Part shown: positions 50,368 through 58,919 of the stretch, in pieces
Layout of the letters: each line of letters starts with the position of its first letter
Numbering within the stretch: the stretch's first letter is position 1
Assembly (NCBI GenBank): GCA_965116925.1
Contig: OZ220744.1
Coordinates: forward strand, 4,576,001-4,640,000
Direction of reading: 5' to 3'
Source: Candidatus Poribacteria bacterium
GTDB taxonomy: Bacteria > Poribacteria > WGA-4E > PCPOR2b
Length of the DNA: 64,000 nt
Translations under genes and position numbers: made by a program
Notes under the pieces: generated by a model
Told to the model about the DNA's origin: nothing
Database searches by the model: none
What the model saw: the letters and a program-made list of their open reading frames with translations, nothing else

Positions 50368-50646
50368 CTATAAATGTAGAGCAGACGAGATTGGGCGAAA
50401 CCTAGGTAGGTACTTAATGAAATCTTCTGTTTCTTCGTCAAGAGAGGGAGGGCTTGCCGCAATCTCGGTAATCTCTCGGTGCCAATCAACGGCACCACGC
50501 CGGATAAGGTCCGCTAGACGACGGATACCCTCGTTAAGGGTGCTGTGGTCATCCTCGCTAGACTGTGGATAAATGTTCAAAATTCGGTAAGCAAGCAGGT
50601 TCACCCATCGAAACACCAGCCCCGGCAAAAACCACCAACTTACCAT
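50368..50646 (-). CDS. Hypothetical protein or gene remnant
   Basis: 92-aa ORF in a decayed, repeat-rich region. Confidence 0.3.
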   Translation of the reverse strand: MVSWWFLPGLVFRWVNLLAYRILNIYPQSSEDDHSTLNEGIRRLADLIRRGAVDWHREITEIAASPPSLDEETEDFIKYLPRFRPISSALHL

Positions 50647-50707
50647 TACGCAAAGCGTTTAGCAGAGGTGCAGGAAAGTTAATCTTTGCAATTCTCATGT
50701 CTTATCC

Positions 50708-50878
50708 CTAGTCGTTTTCGTAATGATTCAGTACACTGTCTCTAGCATTCGGGTAAGCGACCTTGATCGCGGGAAGGTCGCCGAGTAGCCACGCTTCACC
50801 TTCTTCTATAGCAATACAAAACCGCGTTTCCGGTTTGGGGTTACACGCATTCAGGATGGTGAAAAGTTCTTCACGAAT
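50708..50878 (-). pseudogene. Gene fragment resembling DUF4276-family proteins
   Basis: Hand translation IREELFTILNACNPKPETRFCIAIEEGEAWLLGDLPAIKVAYP...END*; no start; REP cluster upstream. Confidence 0.6.
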
Positions 50879-50908
50879 AGGACTTACGCAGTTGAACGCT
50901 CAAAGTCC

Positions 50909-51023
50909 TGTAGTTCGGCGATTTATCGTCGTAGGACACAATTTCCAACGCCCGATGAATCGGGCAACTACAGCAGAAGCATTATCAAGGATCCCGTAGG
51001 GAACAACGGTCGTTGTTCCCTAC
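50909..51023. repeat. Cluster of GTAG-type REP palindromes
   Basis: TGTAGTT...AACTACA inverted pair (50909-50972) and a perfect GTAGGGAACAACG/CGTTGTTCCCTAC hairpin (50996-51023). Confidence 0.7.
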
Positions 51024-51110
51024 TGAAGTGCGTAACTCCTATATGTGCTAGGTGCTGGTTTTAATATTGTCTACATCCTGTGGCACACCCAGCTGTTGAC
51101 TATCATAACG

Positions 51111-51250
51111 CAAGTTGCTAGTTGATAAGCCGCAAGTTGAGCGTAAGCGAAATCCCGATTTATCGGGAAGAGTTTACAACCTACACAACACATACGATAG
51201 GGGCGTGCCCTCCGAATCGCGACTCGACCTGCGGGCTATCTAGCAACTTG
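51111..51250. mobile_element. MITE-like element of a different family
   Basis: 11-bp perfect inverted ends CAAGTTGCTAG / CTAGCAACTTG with imperfect inward extension; non-coding. Confidence 0.5.
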
Positions 51251-51517
51251 GGTAATTATAACATGACGACACACAGAAATGCTGAATAAAAACAACCCTA
51301 TCGGTAAGGACATTACGCGTCATAAAGTAACGGAATAAGTAGGTAGACGGGAAGATATCTGTCATCAATGCAACGACAGTTTTCTTTGATTGCGGGGTTC
51401 GGCTAGAAGACCCATGTGGCGGTCCGTGGGTGATACAGATGGATGGGGAAAAACTAAGGACCCCGGAGTATCAGAGTCCTTAATTTTCCCTTTAAAGGAA
51501 TGGAACGTAAAACGGAT

Positions 51518-51667
51518 CTACTTCAGGATGACCATCTTTCGCAGGAGGGACATATTGTCCGCCTGTAGCTGGTAGAAATAGATGCCGGTTACAACGTGCT
51601 CACCGAATTTGTTGCGACCATCCCAATACGCCGCATGGCTTCGATTTGTGTAATAGCCTGCCTGTTT
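51518..51667 (-). pseudogene. Orphan C-terminal half of an FlgD-Ig/Por-tail-like domain
   Basis: Hand translation KQAGYYTNRSHAAYWDGRNKFGEHVVTGIYFYQLQADNMSLLRKMVILK*, homologous to the end of 27768-29309; in-frame stop upstream. Confidence 0.75.
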
Positions 51668-51768
51668 GGAGAAGGCTTTGGTTTCTTGGGAGCACTGTCT
51701 TGTAGATTTTCAAAGATTCCGGAGGATTCTTGGATTGTAATATGACAAGCCTGCCGCAAAATGCACCC

Positions 51769-52743
51769 TTAATTTTCAACTTCAACCATGAAACTGACCC
51801 ATATAATTTGGTCGGTATGTTTCGCTGTGCAGAAAATTTGATAAACACCGGCTTTATGAAACGTGGTAGTCAGGTTGACAGTGGGGCCGAATGAGGTGAT
51901 GTTCGCGCCATGATGCATCTGTTGCGAATCGGTGGCATCATGAACGGTGTTATGTCCACCGTGAGACTCAGTAGGCATAGGCTCACTAGCTGGTAGGATT
52001 CCATGTGTATGAACAATGCTGTCAAGTTGAGAATCCACAATAGCAAAATGCATTGGTGCATCCAAAAACGAAACCAAATCTGTTATTGGCTCTCCACGTC
52101 GCGAAAAATGATAGGCGATGTGAACTACTTCACCTGCCTTTATCCGTTCGGGTGCCTCCATTTTCACATGATAGGTGTTTCCATTTTCGGCATCAGCTAT
52201 CCATATCGGTTTTGTGTATCGGTCATTGCCTTCGTCCGTATAGCCGTTGACAGTCTTTTCTCGGCGAAAATCACGAGGCTGTGCACCCATTTGCGGTTCA
52301 CCTATGACATCCACATAGAGATGTCTCGCAAATGCGCCTTCCGGGGTTACGACATCCAATGCAATAATGTACCGGCCCGCCTCTGGAAAAGACCACTGTA
52401 CCGTATAGATGCCTCTTCGTTCCTCCATGACATTCCGGGAATCAAAATCTTCGGGGTGAATATGCCCAACGATCTGTAAATTTTCACTCACCAATAAAAC
52501 GTGCAGAATCCGGGCGTGATGTACTAACAGGTCAGTGAACGGTTCACCGTTTGCATCGGTGAGGTGAAACTTAAGAACGGTAGGCGTGCCGGCCTCAATC
52601 GATTGTGCTTCGGTGTTCATCGCCACGTTTAGATCCCGGGCTATAGCGGTATGAATCTGATGTTTGATTTCTTCACATCCAATTAATGACATCAAAAAGC
52701 AGCAGCCGATAGTTATTGCCAAAAGTGTGTAAAATCGTTTCAT
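51769..52743 (-). CDS. His-rich lipoprotein, possible heavy-metal-binding protein
   Basis: Lipobox LIGC; two repeats of H-(x)n-HxH (HHARILH..HIHP; MHF..HTH); 'FPEAGRY' and 'FHKAGVY' Ig-like ends. Confidence 0.65.
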   Translation of the reverse strand: MKRFYTLLAITIGCCFLMSLIGCEEIKHQIHTAIARDLNVAMNTEAQSIEAGTPTVLKFHLTDANGEPFTDLLVHHARILHVLLVSENLQIVGHIHPEDFDSRNVMEERRGIYTVQWSFPEAGRYIIALDVVTPEGAFARHLYVDVIGEPQMGAQPRDFRREKTVNGYTDEGNDRYTKPIWIADAENGNTYHVKMEAPERIKAGEVVHIAYHFSRRGEPITDLVSFLDAPMHFAIVDSQLDSIVHTHGILPASEPMPTESHGGHNTVHDATDSQQMHHGANITSFGPTVNLTTTFHKAGVYQIFCTAKHTDQIIWVSFMVEVEN

Positions 52744-53169
52744 TGTTTGTTGACTCCTTTTATCTTTTGCAGGAATATGTAGTAAATATGGTTGACACCA
52801 TCAACCAAAAAGGGATTCTTATCGTTACGTTAAGAACCTGAATTGTTTAAGGGAATGTGTTGGCATTCCGTTAGGGAATTCACTTCAGAAACAGATATGT
52901 TATTCTATGGTCTTGACGTATAAGTGATTCTTGTCAAAAACCCAGTGGTGGCTTGGGTTTTAGCGATCGTGCCTAAGACTTGCCGATTTAGTGTGTGATT
53001 TTTTATTAACAGCGACATTGAACCATTTGCTACTTGGATTGAAGGGCTGTAAAGCCCAAGTTATCAGGGTTGCCTCCGACGCCGGAGTCAATGTTTATCG
53101 GTGTTTGACAGACGATGGTATACCTATTATCACTCCCTTTCTCAAAAAATAATTAAAGTCAAAAAGAAC

Positions 53170-53199
53170 TTGACAACACCTGTCGCAATTATGTAGAAT
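53170..53199 (+). promoter_or_regulatory. Sigma70-type promoter of the recombinase gene
   Basis: TTGACA-18 nt-TAGAAT; GGAGG RBS before ATG 53253. Confidence 0.65.
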
Positions 53200-53252
53200 A
53201 ACATTTCAGCAGAATTTAGAGAGCTTACGGAACTTAGAATGGAGGAAAGATC

Positions 53253-54161
53253 ATGAATGCATCAGTTTGGAATCAAGTCACTATCAGCGACGAAACGGAG
53301 GAATTGGTTAAAGCTAGCCTTGCACCGAGTACTGTCGAGACGTATCGGCTTGCAATGCAACAGTTGGAAAAATGGTTGGATGGACGTGTCCTAAACGATA
53401 ATCTGTTGGCAACTTACATCACGGGGTTGTATCAAGATGGAAAGTCGCCAGCGACAATCAGTAAAATTGTCGCTGCGGTCAAATGGACGACGAAAACTCA
53501 AGGTGGGGGAATCCTCTTTGAGATTACGGACAAGGCACTCGCTGGCATTCGGCGTAAGGGCAAGGGCAGAGGACGAGGACAGGTGGATGGTATAACATGG
53601 GAGGAGGTAGATCGAATTTGTGCGCTTGTCGAAGCGGAGGGAACCATTGCTGGATTGAGGGATTCGGCGATGATTCGATTGATGAGTGATTGTCTGTTAC
53701 GAATCAGTGAAGTGGTCGCAGCCGATGTGGAGGATGTCAATAGTGCATTGAGGATTCGTCAGTCAAAGACCAACCCGGGTACGGCGGGCATCCCCGATGT
53801 GACATTGTATATTGGTGAGCCCACGCAGGAGGCGATAAAGCGGTATTGTGAAGCGGCAAACATCACCAAAGGCCCACTCTTTCGGTGGGTTCGTTCGGGT
53901 GATAACATCGCCAGCGATAGGATAACGATTGATGGCGTGAGAAAAATTATCAAGCGCAGGGCGCGTGCGGCAGGTATCGAAGGCAAAATCTCTGGACACT
54001 CCCTGCGTATCGGCTCTGCCATTTCGCTTGCCCAAGCGGGTGCGTCTGTTGTGAATATGCAGGTGGCGGGACGGTGGAAATCGCCTCAGATGCCAGCGCA
54101 CTATGCACGCGCAGAGTTAATAGAACAAGGCGCGATTGCACGGTTCAAATACGGAAAGTGA
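53253..54161 (+). CDS. Tyrosine recombinase (Cre-like)
   Basis: LLRISE, SKT, GHSLR, AGRW, HYA catalytic motifs. Confidence 0.9.
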   Translation: MNASVWNQVTISDETEELVKASLAPSTVETYRLAMQQLEKWLDGRVLNDNLLATYITGLYQDGKSPATISKIVAAVKWTTKTQGGGILFEITDKALAGIRRKGKGRGRGQVDGITWEEVDRICALVEAEGTIAGLRDSAMIRLMSDCLLRISEVVAADVEDVNSALRIRQSKTNPGTAGIPDVTLYIGEPTQEAIKRYCEAANITKGPLFRWVRSGDNIASDRITIDGVRKIIKRRARAAGIEGKISGHSLRIGSAISLAQAGASVVNMQVAGRWKSPQMPAHYARAELIEQGAIARFKYGK

Positions 54162-54178
54162 AACGTGATGCGTAAGTT

Positions 54179-54404
54179 GTAGGTTGGGTTGAACGGTTAA
54201 AAGCGAATACATATCAACGACAGTAGATATTCTGTATTTCAACAAAACCGTCTTGTCGATAGAAAGAGTGAAACCCAACATCCTAATCCGCCGCCGATCA
54301 AGCGTTGGGTTTCACTCTACTTGAGAACTTCCAACCAGAATCGTCTCTCCAAATCCAATTGTAATATGTGGTGTTTTTCATTGATTCCGTTCAACCCAAC
54401 CTAC
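54179..54404. repeat. REPIN-like element with nested inverted repeats
   Basis: Perfect 18-bp outer IR GTAGGTTGGGTTGAACGG / CCGTTCAACCCAACCTAC; inner IR AGAGTGAAACCCAAC / GTTGGGTTTCACTCT. Confidence 0.75.
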
Positions 54405-55193
54405 GGGCTGTTGCTTATTGTATTGTACCACGGCAGGGAAGTTGCCCTCCAGATAGGCGAGAGCTTCGTCAATAGGACATTCGCACTGCATATTAGCAAA
54501 CGGAAACTCCCCCGTCTCCCGAAATAGTGCACCGTTCCGGGCGTGGAAATCTCCTGACCGATCTGTAAACTGCCCCCAATGCCCCATGGTGTAACGAACC
54601 TCCGGTCTCGGTTCCGCACTCTGTTTCCAACGTTCTGGAAACAGTTTCTGAAATGGTGGCACGGAATTGAGCCAACTTCCGCAGCGGACAATTTCAACAT
54701 CGGAACGTCGGACTTGAGAGTCTTGCAGTAAACGAAGCAGGGAGGCGGCGAACGGAATCCACATATCGCTCAGAGGGGATCGGGGTTGATAGACGTTGAG
54801 GATGTGAATGTTGAGCTGGTCACCCCCGTAGTCGTAACTCCAGCACTCGTAAGGTCGGGTCTCCGGCGGTGGCAGCGTATCCGGGCGTTTCTTCAGATAG
54901 GGCAACAAGAGGTCTAATCCCGCTGCCTCAAGTTGTTCGGTAGATAGCGCGTTTATATAATGGTCGAAAACCGCCCGCAGTTCTTTTAGAATCCCCGTCC
55001 ATTCCGGGGCAGCCTCCCCGTTGGTTGGGTGATGTTTGCCGTCGTAGAACGAGGTGTTCCGGTAAATATTTACCCGACCATTCACCAACGCTTCAAAGTC
55101 GCTCTCCCCTTCGCGAAGGCGTTTATGAACAAACCAGAGACTGAGTTTAGTAAACTCTTTCACGTAGTTGATGTGTACTGAATCATGCTTCAA
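54378..55193 (-). CDS. Hypothetical protein
   Basis: 271-aa ORF, TTG start with a GGAGG RBS; CGSWLN and WGQF motifs. Confidence 0.65.
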   Translation of the reverse strand: MKHDSVHINYVKEFTKLSLWFVHKRLREGESDFEALVNGRVNIYRNTSFYDGKHHPTNGEAAPEWTGILKELRAVFDHYINALSTEQLEAAGLDLLLPYLKKRPDTLPPPETRPYECWSYDYGGDQLNIHILNVYQPRSPLSDMWIPFAASLLRLLQDSQVRRSDVEIVRCGSWLNSVPPFQKLFPERWKQSAEPRPEVRYTMGHWGQFTDRSGDFHARNGALFRETGEFPFANMQCECPIDEALAYLEGNFPAVVQYNKQQPVGWVERNQ

Positions 55194-55240
55194 GGTGTGC
55201 TTTCCTCCTGCCGATAAATGTCCTACACCCTGTGGACAGG

Positions 55241-56674
55241 CTATCCTTCTGTATCCCGCTGTGGAGCGCGTTTAATTGACCAGAGTGTCTTGAGAAGAAT
55301 CTTGATATCTAAGCCAATTGACCAGTTCTCGATATAGTACAGATCATAACGGATACGTTCCTCCAACGAGGTATTCCCCCGGAGTCCATTGACCTGCGCC
55401 CAGCCGGTGAGTCCACATTTGACGCGGTGCCGGTCTAAGTAATGTGGGATCGATTTGCTGAAATCATCAATCAATCCCGACATCTCCGGGCGGGGACCTA
55501 CGAGGCTCATATCTCCCTTGACGACATTGAAGAATTGGGGCAGTTCATCCAAACACCAACGCCTTAGAAACTTGCCGAGCCTTGTCTGTCGTGGGTCGTC
55601 TTTTGAAGCCCAGACGTGTCCAATGCCCGCCTCTGCATCTTGCCGCATCGATCTAAACTTATAGATGTAAAAAGGTTTACCATCCCGTCCTACCCGTTCC
55701 TGTTGAAAAATAACCCTTCCCGGTGACGAAAGCTTCACAGCAAGGGCGATGCTGAACATCAATGGACTACAAACAATCAGTGCAATGCTGCTCAACAGGA
55801 TATCCATTCCGCGTTTAATCATCCCACGCCAACCTTGAAGTGGTAGTTCCTTCAACCTGACCACAGGAATGCCATCAAAATCCGCCACCCGTGTGCGACC
55901 AATCATCACCTCATAGAGATCTGGTAGCAGATGCAGCCGTACAGATAGCCCTTCGCACACATCTACAATCTGCAAAATCTCTGTGTGGGAAATCGCCGGT
56001 GAGGTAATGAAAAGCTCATCAATCCGATATTTCTGGACGAGGCTCCGAACCTCTGTGAACTCACCAAGAATGCGGTGAGGGATCGGCTGTGAGGGAGGGA
56101 GTTCACCGAGCAGAACACCGACAAATTGGTAGCCGTTGCCTGTCTTCTCTTGGAGCGTGTGGATCAGTTGCTGTGTCGTCCTATTAAAACCGACAACCGC
56201 GACACGGTTAATGCCAACTCCCAACTGTTGAATCGCTGCTTTGAAGCGCTGAACCGCGAGCCGATTGAAACAGAGGAGAATCACACTTACCCCACACGAT
56301 AAGATCATCACCCAGCGTGAGTATTGGTGGTTGTGATAGATAAAGAAAATCGCGCCGAGTGTGGCAATTGATGCAATCACCCCCGCTTTTGAGATGGACG
56401 CTACTGTTTCGAGTGTAATGTGCCCCTCAATCCGGTAAAGCCCAACCCCTCGAAGCGCAAGGATCCAGATGAACCCCATCAGCGGGACAAGTTGGAAATA
56501 GTAATCGAGTGGGGGTGGTGCTCCTTTATGGATGGCGACCCCATCTAGCCAGCCCGATTCAAATCGGAGCCAGTACGCAAGAAAAATCGATGCGCTGATG
56601 AAACAAACATCAAGAAGAAGGGTGAAAACAGTAAGGAGTTGGTCTAGGGTTTTGTTTGACATTGTTATATTCAA
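55241..56674 (-). CDS. wcaJ: Undecaprenyl-phosphate glucose phosphotransferase
   Basis: N-terminal TMs, KFRSM, LDELPQF.NV.KGDMSLVGPRPE, GLTGWAQVNG, DLYYIENWS. Confidence 0.88.
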   Translation of the reverse strand: MNITMSNKTLDQLLTVFTLLLDVCFISASIFLAYWLRFESGWLDGVAIHKGAPPPLDYYFQLVPLMGFIWILALRGVGLYRIEGHITLETVASISKAGVIASIATLGAIFFIYHNHQYSRWVMILSCGVSVILLCFNRLAVQRFKAAIQQLGVGINRVAVVGFNRTTQQLIHTLQEKTGNGYQFVGVLLGELPPSQPIPHRILGEFTEVRSLVQKYRIDELFITSPAISHTEILQIVDVCEGLSVRLHLLPDLYEVMIGRTRVADFDGIPVVRLKELPLQGWRGMIKRGMDILLSSIALIVCSPLMFSIALAVKLSSPGRVIFQQERVGRDGKPFYIYKFRSMRQDAEAGIGHVWASKDDPRQTRLGKFLRRWCLDELPQFFNVVKGDMSLVGPRPEMSGLIDDFSKSIPHYLDRHRVKCGLTGWAQVNGLRGNTSLEERIRYDLYYIENWSIGLDIKILLKTLWSIKRAPQRDTEG

Positions 56675-56821
56675 TTCCAGTGCACCTGTTCGGATTGATG
56701 GAATTTTATCAAAAGAACCAGCAATTTATCAATGGTAATCTGTACGAGAGGATTGTTCAAGAAGCGATAAAGTACGTGACAAAGAGTATCATGAGGCACG
56801 AAACTCAATCCGATTTTAGCA

Positions 56822-56851
56822 TTGCGACTGGGCTAGTAGGTATGCTATAAT
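56822..56851 (+). promoter_or_regulatory. Extended -10 sigma70 promoter
   Basis: TTGCGA-18 nt-TATAAT with TGn. Confidence 0.6.
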
Positions 56852-56938
56852 CGGATTCTCAGTCGTCCCAATCGAATCGGGATCTGGCGTTTCCCTACAC
56901 ACAGGTTTGGGCTGCGTATCCGAAGAAGGAAGAATTGT

Positions 56939-57802
56939 ATGAGAAACTCCTTACAACCTCAATGGGATCGGAATTCAAAGCAACTTACAGTCCCAATTAA
57001 ATTGGGATTCAAAGCAATTTGTGCAGTTGTTATCTTGCTAGCGATTCCGTCGTTGGTTTTGGCACGAGCCACCGTGTCTATCCAACCGTTAGAGATGGAA
57101 TCTCCAGTCGTTGGGAAGGAATTTTCCGTAGATGTAGACATCAACGGCGGAGAAAATGTTGCCGCTTATCAATTCACTGTGGAATTTAATCCAAACACGC
57201 TTGCATTTGTGGACGCAAAGAATACCGATTATTTGCCGGATGCCTTTGTAGTGCCACCACTTATTACTGATAATAATGTTACATTGGCGGCGGCCTCTCT
57301 GGCTGATGCTTCCAATGGAGACGGCACTCTTGCAACCATTACTTTTGCCGTGGTTGATGTTAATCCTTCTGCAATCAAATTTACAGCGGTTCTTCTTTCG
57401 GATCCGGAGGCTAATCAGTTAGGCGTAATCACGACAAATGGTCAAATAACCGGTCCGGCAGATACAAATGAATTTCCTGTCGCTGTTATTGACGTCACAC
57501 CGAAGAAAGTTTTCACGGATCAAACGGTTACGTTGAGCGCTGCAGGTTCGCAAGACGATAGCGGAATTAGAACTTACGTTTGGCGTTTTGGCGATGGCTC
57601 TAGCGCCGATCGGAAAGAAACGGTCACGCATGTTTATAAGCAACCCGGCACTTATACCGTCACGCTCACGGTTACCGACGATGGGGTTCCTCCGCTGAAA
57701 GATGAAGCCATATTTGTTATCACAGTTACCGATAAAGATTTGTCTGTCCATCAACAGGGGAAACAGATAACATCATGGGGACAACTTAAAATCAGAAAAT
57801 AG
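56939..57802 (+). CDS. Secreted cohesin-like plus PKD domain protein
   Basis: 'FSVDV...VAAYQFTVEFN...GDGTLATITF' cohesin-like; 'WRFGDG...H.Y..PGTYTVTLTVTD' PKD; ends ITSWGQLKIRK. Confidence 0.85.
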   Translation: MRNSLQPQWDRNSKQLTVPIKLGFKAICAVVILLAIPSLVLARATVSIQPLEMESPVVGKEFSVDVDINGGENVAAYQFTVEFNPNTLAFVDAKNTDYLPDAFVVPPLITDNNVTLAAASLADASNGDGTLATITFAVVDVNPSAIKFTAVLLSDPEANQLGVITTNGQITGPADTNEFPVAVIDVTPKKVFTDQTVTLSAAGSQDDSGIRTYVWRFGDGSSADRKETVTHVYKQPGTYTVTLTVTDDGVPPLKDEAIFVITVTDKDLSVHQQGKQITSWGQLKIRK

Positions 57803-57841
57803 GGAACAAACAAGTGGACGGCCTCAAAAGGAGTTAGGAAT

Positions 57842-58876
57842 ATGAGATTGATTCAGTTTCAACTGCCAGAAAAGGGCAGGCGAATTGGATGTATTAATGG
57901 TGAGTATGTTGTTGACCTGACCAGCATCAATGCGGAGTGGACGCGAATTTATAACCTCTTTCTTGAGGCTCGCAGAAGCGGGCAGACTATCGATGCGTAT
58001 CTTGCAGCGACGGCTACTGAAGCTGCAGATCAGGTGTTGTATAATCAGCTTCTTACCGGACGACCGGGGGATGCGAGCGGCTGGATTTTGCCTCCACTTG
58101 ACCATCCAGACCCAGCCCACTGCACAGTTTCTGGAACAGGACTAACGCACCTCGGCAGCATGGAGGCGCGCGACCAGATGCACACAATCACTGACACCGA
58201 TGAGGGGACAAAAACAGATTCACAGAAAATGTTTGAGATGGGGTTGAAAGGTGGCAAGCCCGCATCCGGTGAGCGTGGGAGTCAGCCCGAATGGTTCTAT
58301 AAAGGGAACGGGACAATTCTACGAGGACACAACGACTTTCTGGATATCCCCGACTTCTCAGAAGATGGCGGCGAGGAACCGGAAATTGTGGGTTGCTACG
58401 TCATTGACGACGATGGGATTCCGTGTCGGCTCGGTTTTACGATCGGCAACGAGTGGGCAGATCACCCTATGGAACGTGTGAATTATCTGTGGCTTGCTCT
58501 CTCAAAAATGCGCGTTTGTGCCGTTGGTCCTGAGTTAGTAACCGATGAGTCGTTTGCAGATGTTCGAGGCAGTTGCCGCATTGTGCGGGAATCGGAGGAG
58601 ATCTATCATTCTGGCGATCTCCTCACGGGCGAAGCGAATATGAGCCATACCCTCGCCAATCTTGAGGATCACCACTTCAAGTATTCCCACTTTCGGATCC
58701 CCGGCGATGTGCATCTGCACTACTTCGGGACGATGAAACTCTCTTTCCCGGATCGGCCGACCTATCAGACGGGGGATGAGATCGAAATCCGCTTTGATGG
58801 GATGGGGGCAGCACTCGTCAACTATGTCCGTCAGATTCCGGTTTCAAAGACGCCGGTTGGAGTAGAGAAGGGATAG
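57842..58876 (+). CDS. AraD1/GguC-like fumarylacetoacetate-hydrolase-superfamily protein
   Basis: GTGLTHLGS, QPEWFYKG, DGGEEPE, NLEDHHFKY. Confidence 0.85.
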   Translation: MRLIQFQLPEKGRRIGCINGEYVVDLTSINAEWTRIYNLFLEARRSGQTIDAYLAATATEAADQVLYNQLLTGRPGDASGWILPPLDHPDPAHCTVSGTGLTHLGSMEARDQMHTITDTDEGTKTDSQKMFEMGLKGGKPASGERGSQPEWFYKGNGTILRGHNDFLDIPDFSEDGGEEPEIVGCYVIDDDGIPCRLGFTIGNEWADHPMERVNYLWLALSKMRVCAVGPELVTDESFADVRGSCRIVRESEEIYHSGDLLTGEANMSHTLANLEDHHFKYSHFRIPGDVHLHYFGTMKLSFPDRPTYQTGDEIEIRFDGMGAALVNYVRQIPVSKTPVGVEKG

Positions 58877-58919
58877 TGCGTCAATTCGTCGGTTTGTTGA
58901 CACTAACAAGAGTAACCCG

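Noticed and set aside
52744..53252. tRNA/att site or integron attC next to the recombinase
   Set aside because: No cloverleaf, direct-repeat att core, IntI-specific insertion or cassette array was recognisable.
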